DNA of 64,000 bases from an uncultured Spirochaetota bacterium (GTDB lineage: Bacteria > Spirochaetota > Spirochaetia > SZUA-6 > Fen-1364). Positions 62,568-64,000 of this stretch are shown here, one piece after another. Within the stretch, counting starts at the first letter, position 1, and the number at the start of each line of letters is the position of its first letter. Position numbers and translations under genes: made by a program. The notes below the pieces were generated by a model. The model saw only the letters and a list, made by a program, of their open reading frames with translations. It was not told the DNA's origin and ran no database searches. The stretch spans positions 96,001 through 160,000 of the forward strand of contig CAWJSK010000002.1 in the NCBI GenBank assembly GCA_963845535.1, in the 5' to 3' direction.

Positions 62568-64000
62568 ATGACGCTTCACCTGGTTTCCATCCTGCCCCTC
62601 GTCATGGCCGCCGTGTGCGCCTCCGTTGCCGCCTTCGAGTTTTTCACCTGGGCGCGGATGAAAGGCAGACTGTACAACTTTGCTTTTGCCGTCATCTGCG
62701 TGGCAGCGGCCGCCTACGACCTGGCGTGCGCAGGTGGGTACAACATCGTCGTCCCGGCCGCCAGCGTGATCTGGCTGAAAATCCAGGCCATCACGCTCGA
62801 GTTGACGATCCTTGCCTTTTTCTGGTATGTCGCAGGGATCACCCGCATGGTGCCCCGCGCCGCGCAGGTCGCCGCAGTGGGCGTTTTCGTGCTCTTCGTC
62901 ATTCTCCAGGCGTTCGCTCCGGGAAACCTTACCTGGGACCTCGTCCAGCCCCGTGATCCTCCACGTGCGCTTGCCGATCGGCGACGTGACGTATACGGAA
63001 GTCGATCAGGGTCCGCTCATGGACGCCCAGTACATCGCGGGGACCGGTCCTGTTCGCCTACATCGTCGTGCTCATCATCCGCTACTACCGCGCGGGCAAC
63101 AGACGGGAGGCGGCATCCCTCCTGGTGATCTGCTCCATCGTCTTCCTGGCCACGATGAGCGACCTGGCCGTCAGTGAGGGCCTCTATCCTTTCGTCTTCA
63201 CGGTGGAGTACGCGTGGCTGGCAGTGGTGATCTTTGTAGGTCTCCAGAGGTCCCGACAGCTCATGGAGGCGGCGGAGGCGCGCCTGGCCCTCGTGGAAAG
63301 TGAGAAGCGTTATCGCGGAATTTTCGAATCCCTGCAAGACGTGTATTTCCGCGCGGACTCCGAAGGGGTGATCAGGCTCATCAGCCCTTCGGTCAGATCA
63401 TTCGGCTATGATCCGGCGCTTCTTGTCGGACGCCACGTGTCGGCGTTCTCCGCCGACGAACGGGCCCGGGAGGGGATTACGGCCGCGCTCGACCAGGAGG
63501 GGGCCGTCTCGGACTTCGAGCTTTCCGTGAAAGGAGCGAACGCAGAGACGATCAACGTGTCGCTCAACGCCCATCGGATGTTCGACGAGCGGGGGAACAG
63601 GATCGGGATCGAGGGGATCATCCGTGACATCACGGACCGCAAGCGCGTGGAGGAGAACGTGCTCGCCTCCCTCCAGGAGAAGAACGTGCTCCTGAAGGAA
63701 ATACACCACCGGGTGAAGAACAACCTCCAGATCATCTCCAGCCTCCTGTACCTCCAGGAGGTCCGCATCCACGACCCCGTCGACAAGCTGATCATCCAGG
63801 ATTGCCGCAACCAGGTCTCCTCCATGGCGTTGATCCACGAGGACCTGTACGGCTCGAAAGACTTCCGCAGCATCGACTTCGGGGCTTACCTGGACAAGCT
63901 GGTGAGCCGGCTTCTCATCGCCTACCGTTTGGCTGGCGTCGTGGCGTTCGTCCCGGCGGTGCAAGCCATCAGTCTCGGGATCGACAAGGCCATTCCGTGC
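62568..64000 (+). CDS. Multi-TM, PAS, HisKA_2-type histidine kinase; two frameshifts (near 62940 and 63045); partial at the right edge
   Basis: Hydrophobic N-terminus, SEKRYRGIFE...RDITDRK PAS/PAC region, and EIHHRVKNNLQIISSLL. Confidence 0.88.

Noticed and set aside
60692..62956. 754-aa HtpG with a novel Arg/Pro-rich C-terminal extension
   Set aside because: Frameshift artefact; the canonical HtpG C-terminus is in another frame ending at 62543.

Overview
GC-rich bacterial chromosomal window, probably from a free-living Spirochaetia member (inferred from the 'FAGGQKE/FAGGAKE' N-termini of the sugar-binding proteins, the SH3 envelope protein and the GHKL-HDOD protein). From left to right it contains: a ROK-regulated sugar-catabolism cluster (tandem class II aldolase, FGGY kinase, binding protein, GH127-like hydrolase, Fe-ADH, mutarotase); a sugar ABC operon with a sigma54 promoter and its own kinase and NtrC-type activator; a lower-GC two-gene restriction-modification-like cassette (SPPY-type methyltransferase plus PD-(D/E)xK-like nuclease); ybaK and M3/M48 peptidases; a full-length Lhr helicase; an OmpR/kinase/PDZ envelope module; folA, thyA, hisG, hisI and ackA; a complete but atypical F1Fo ATP synthase operon; an AAA+/vWA pair; an adenylate cyclase; htpG; and a partial HisKA_2 kinase. 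About ten single-indel frameshifts look like sequencing or assembly errors. The most notable features missing from the ORF track are a 35-aa histone-H1-like Lys/Ala microprotein with a near-consensus promoter, a neighbouring Gram-positive-type SOS box, several operator/enhancer motifs, apparent ATC and ATT start codons, and several leaderless genes. I found no rRNA, tRNA, CRISPR array or transposase. All family assignments come from motif recognition by eye, with no database searches.
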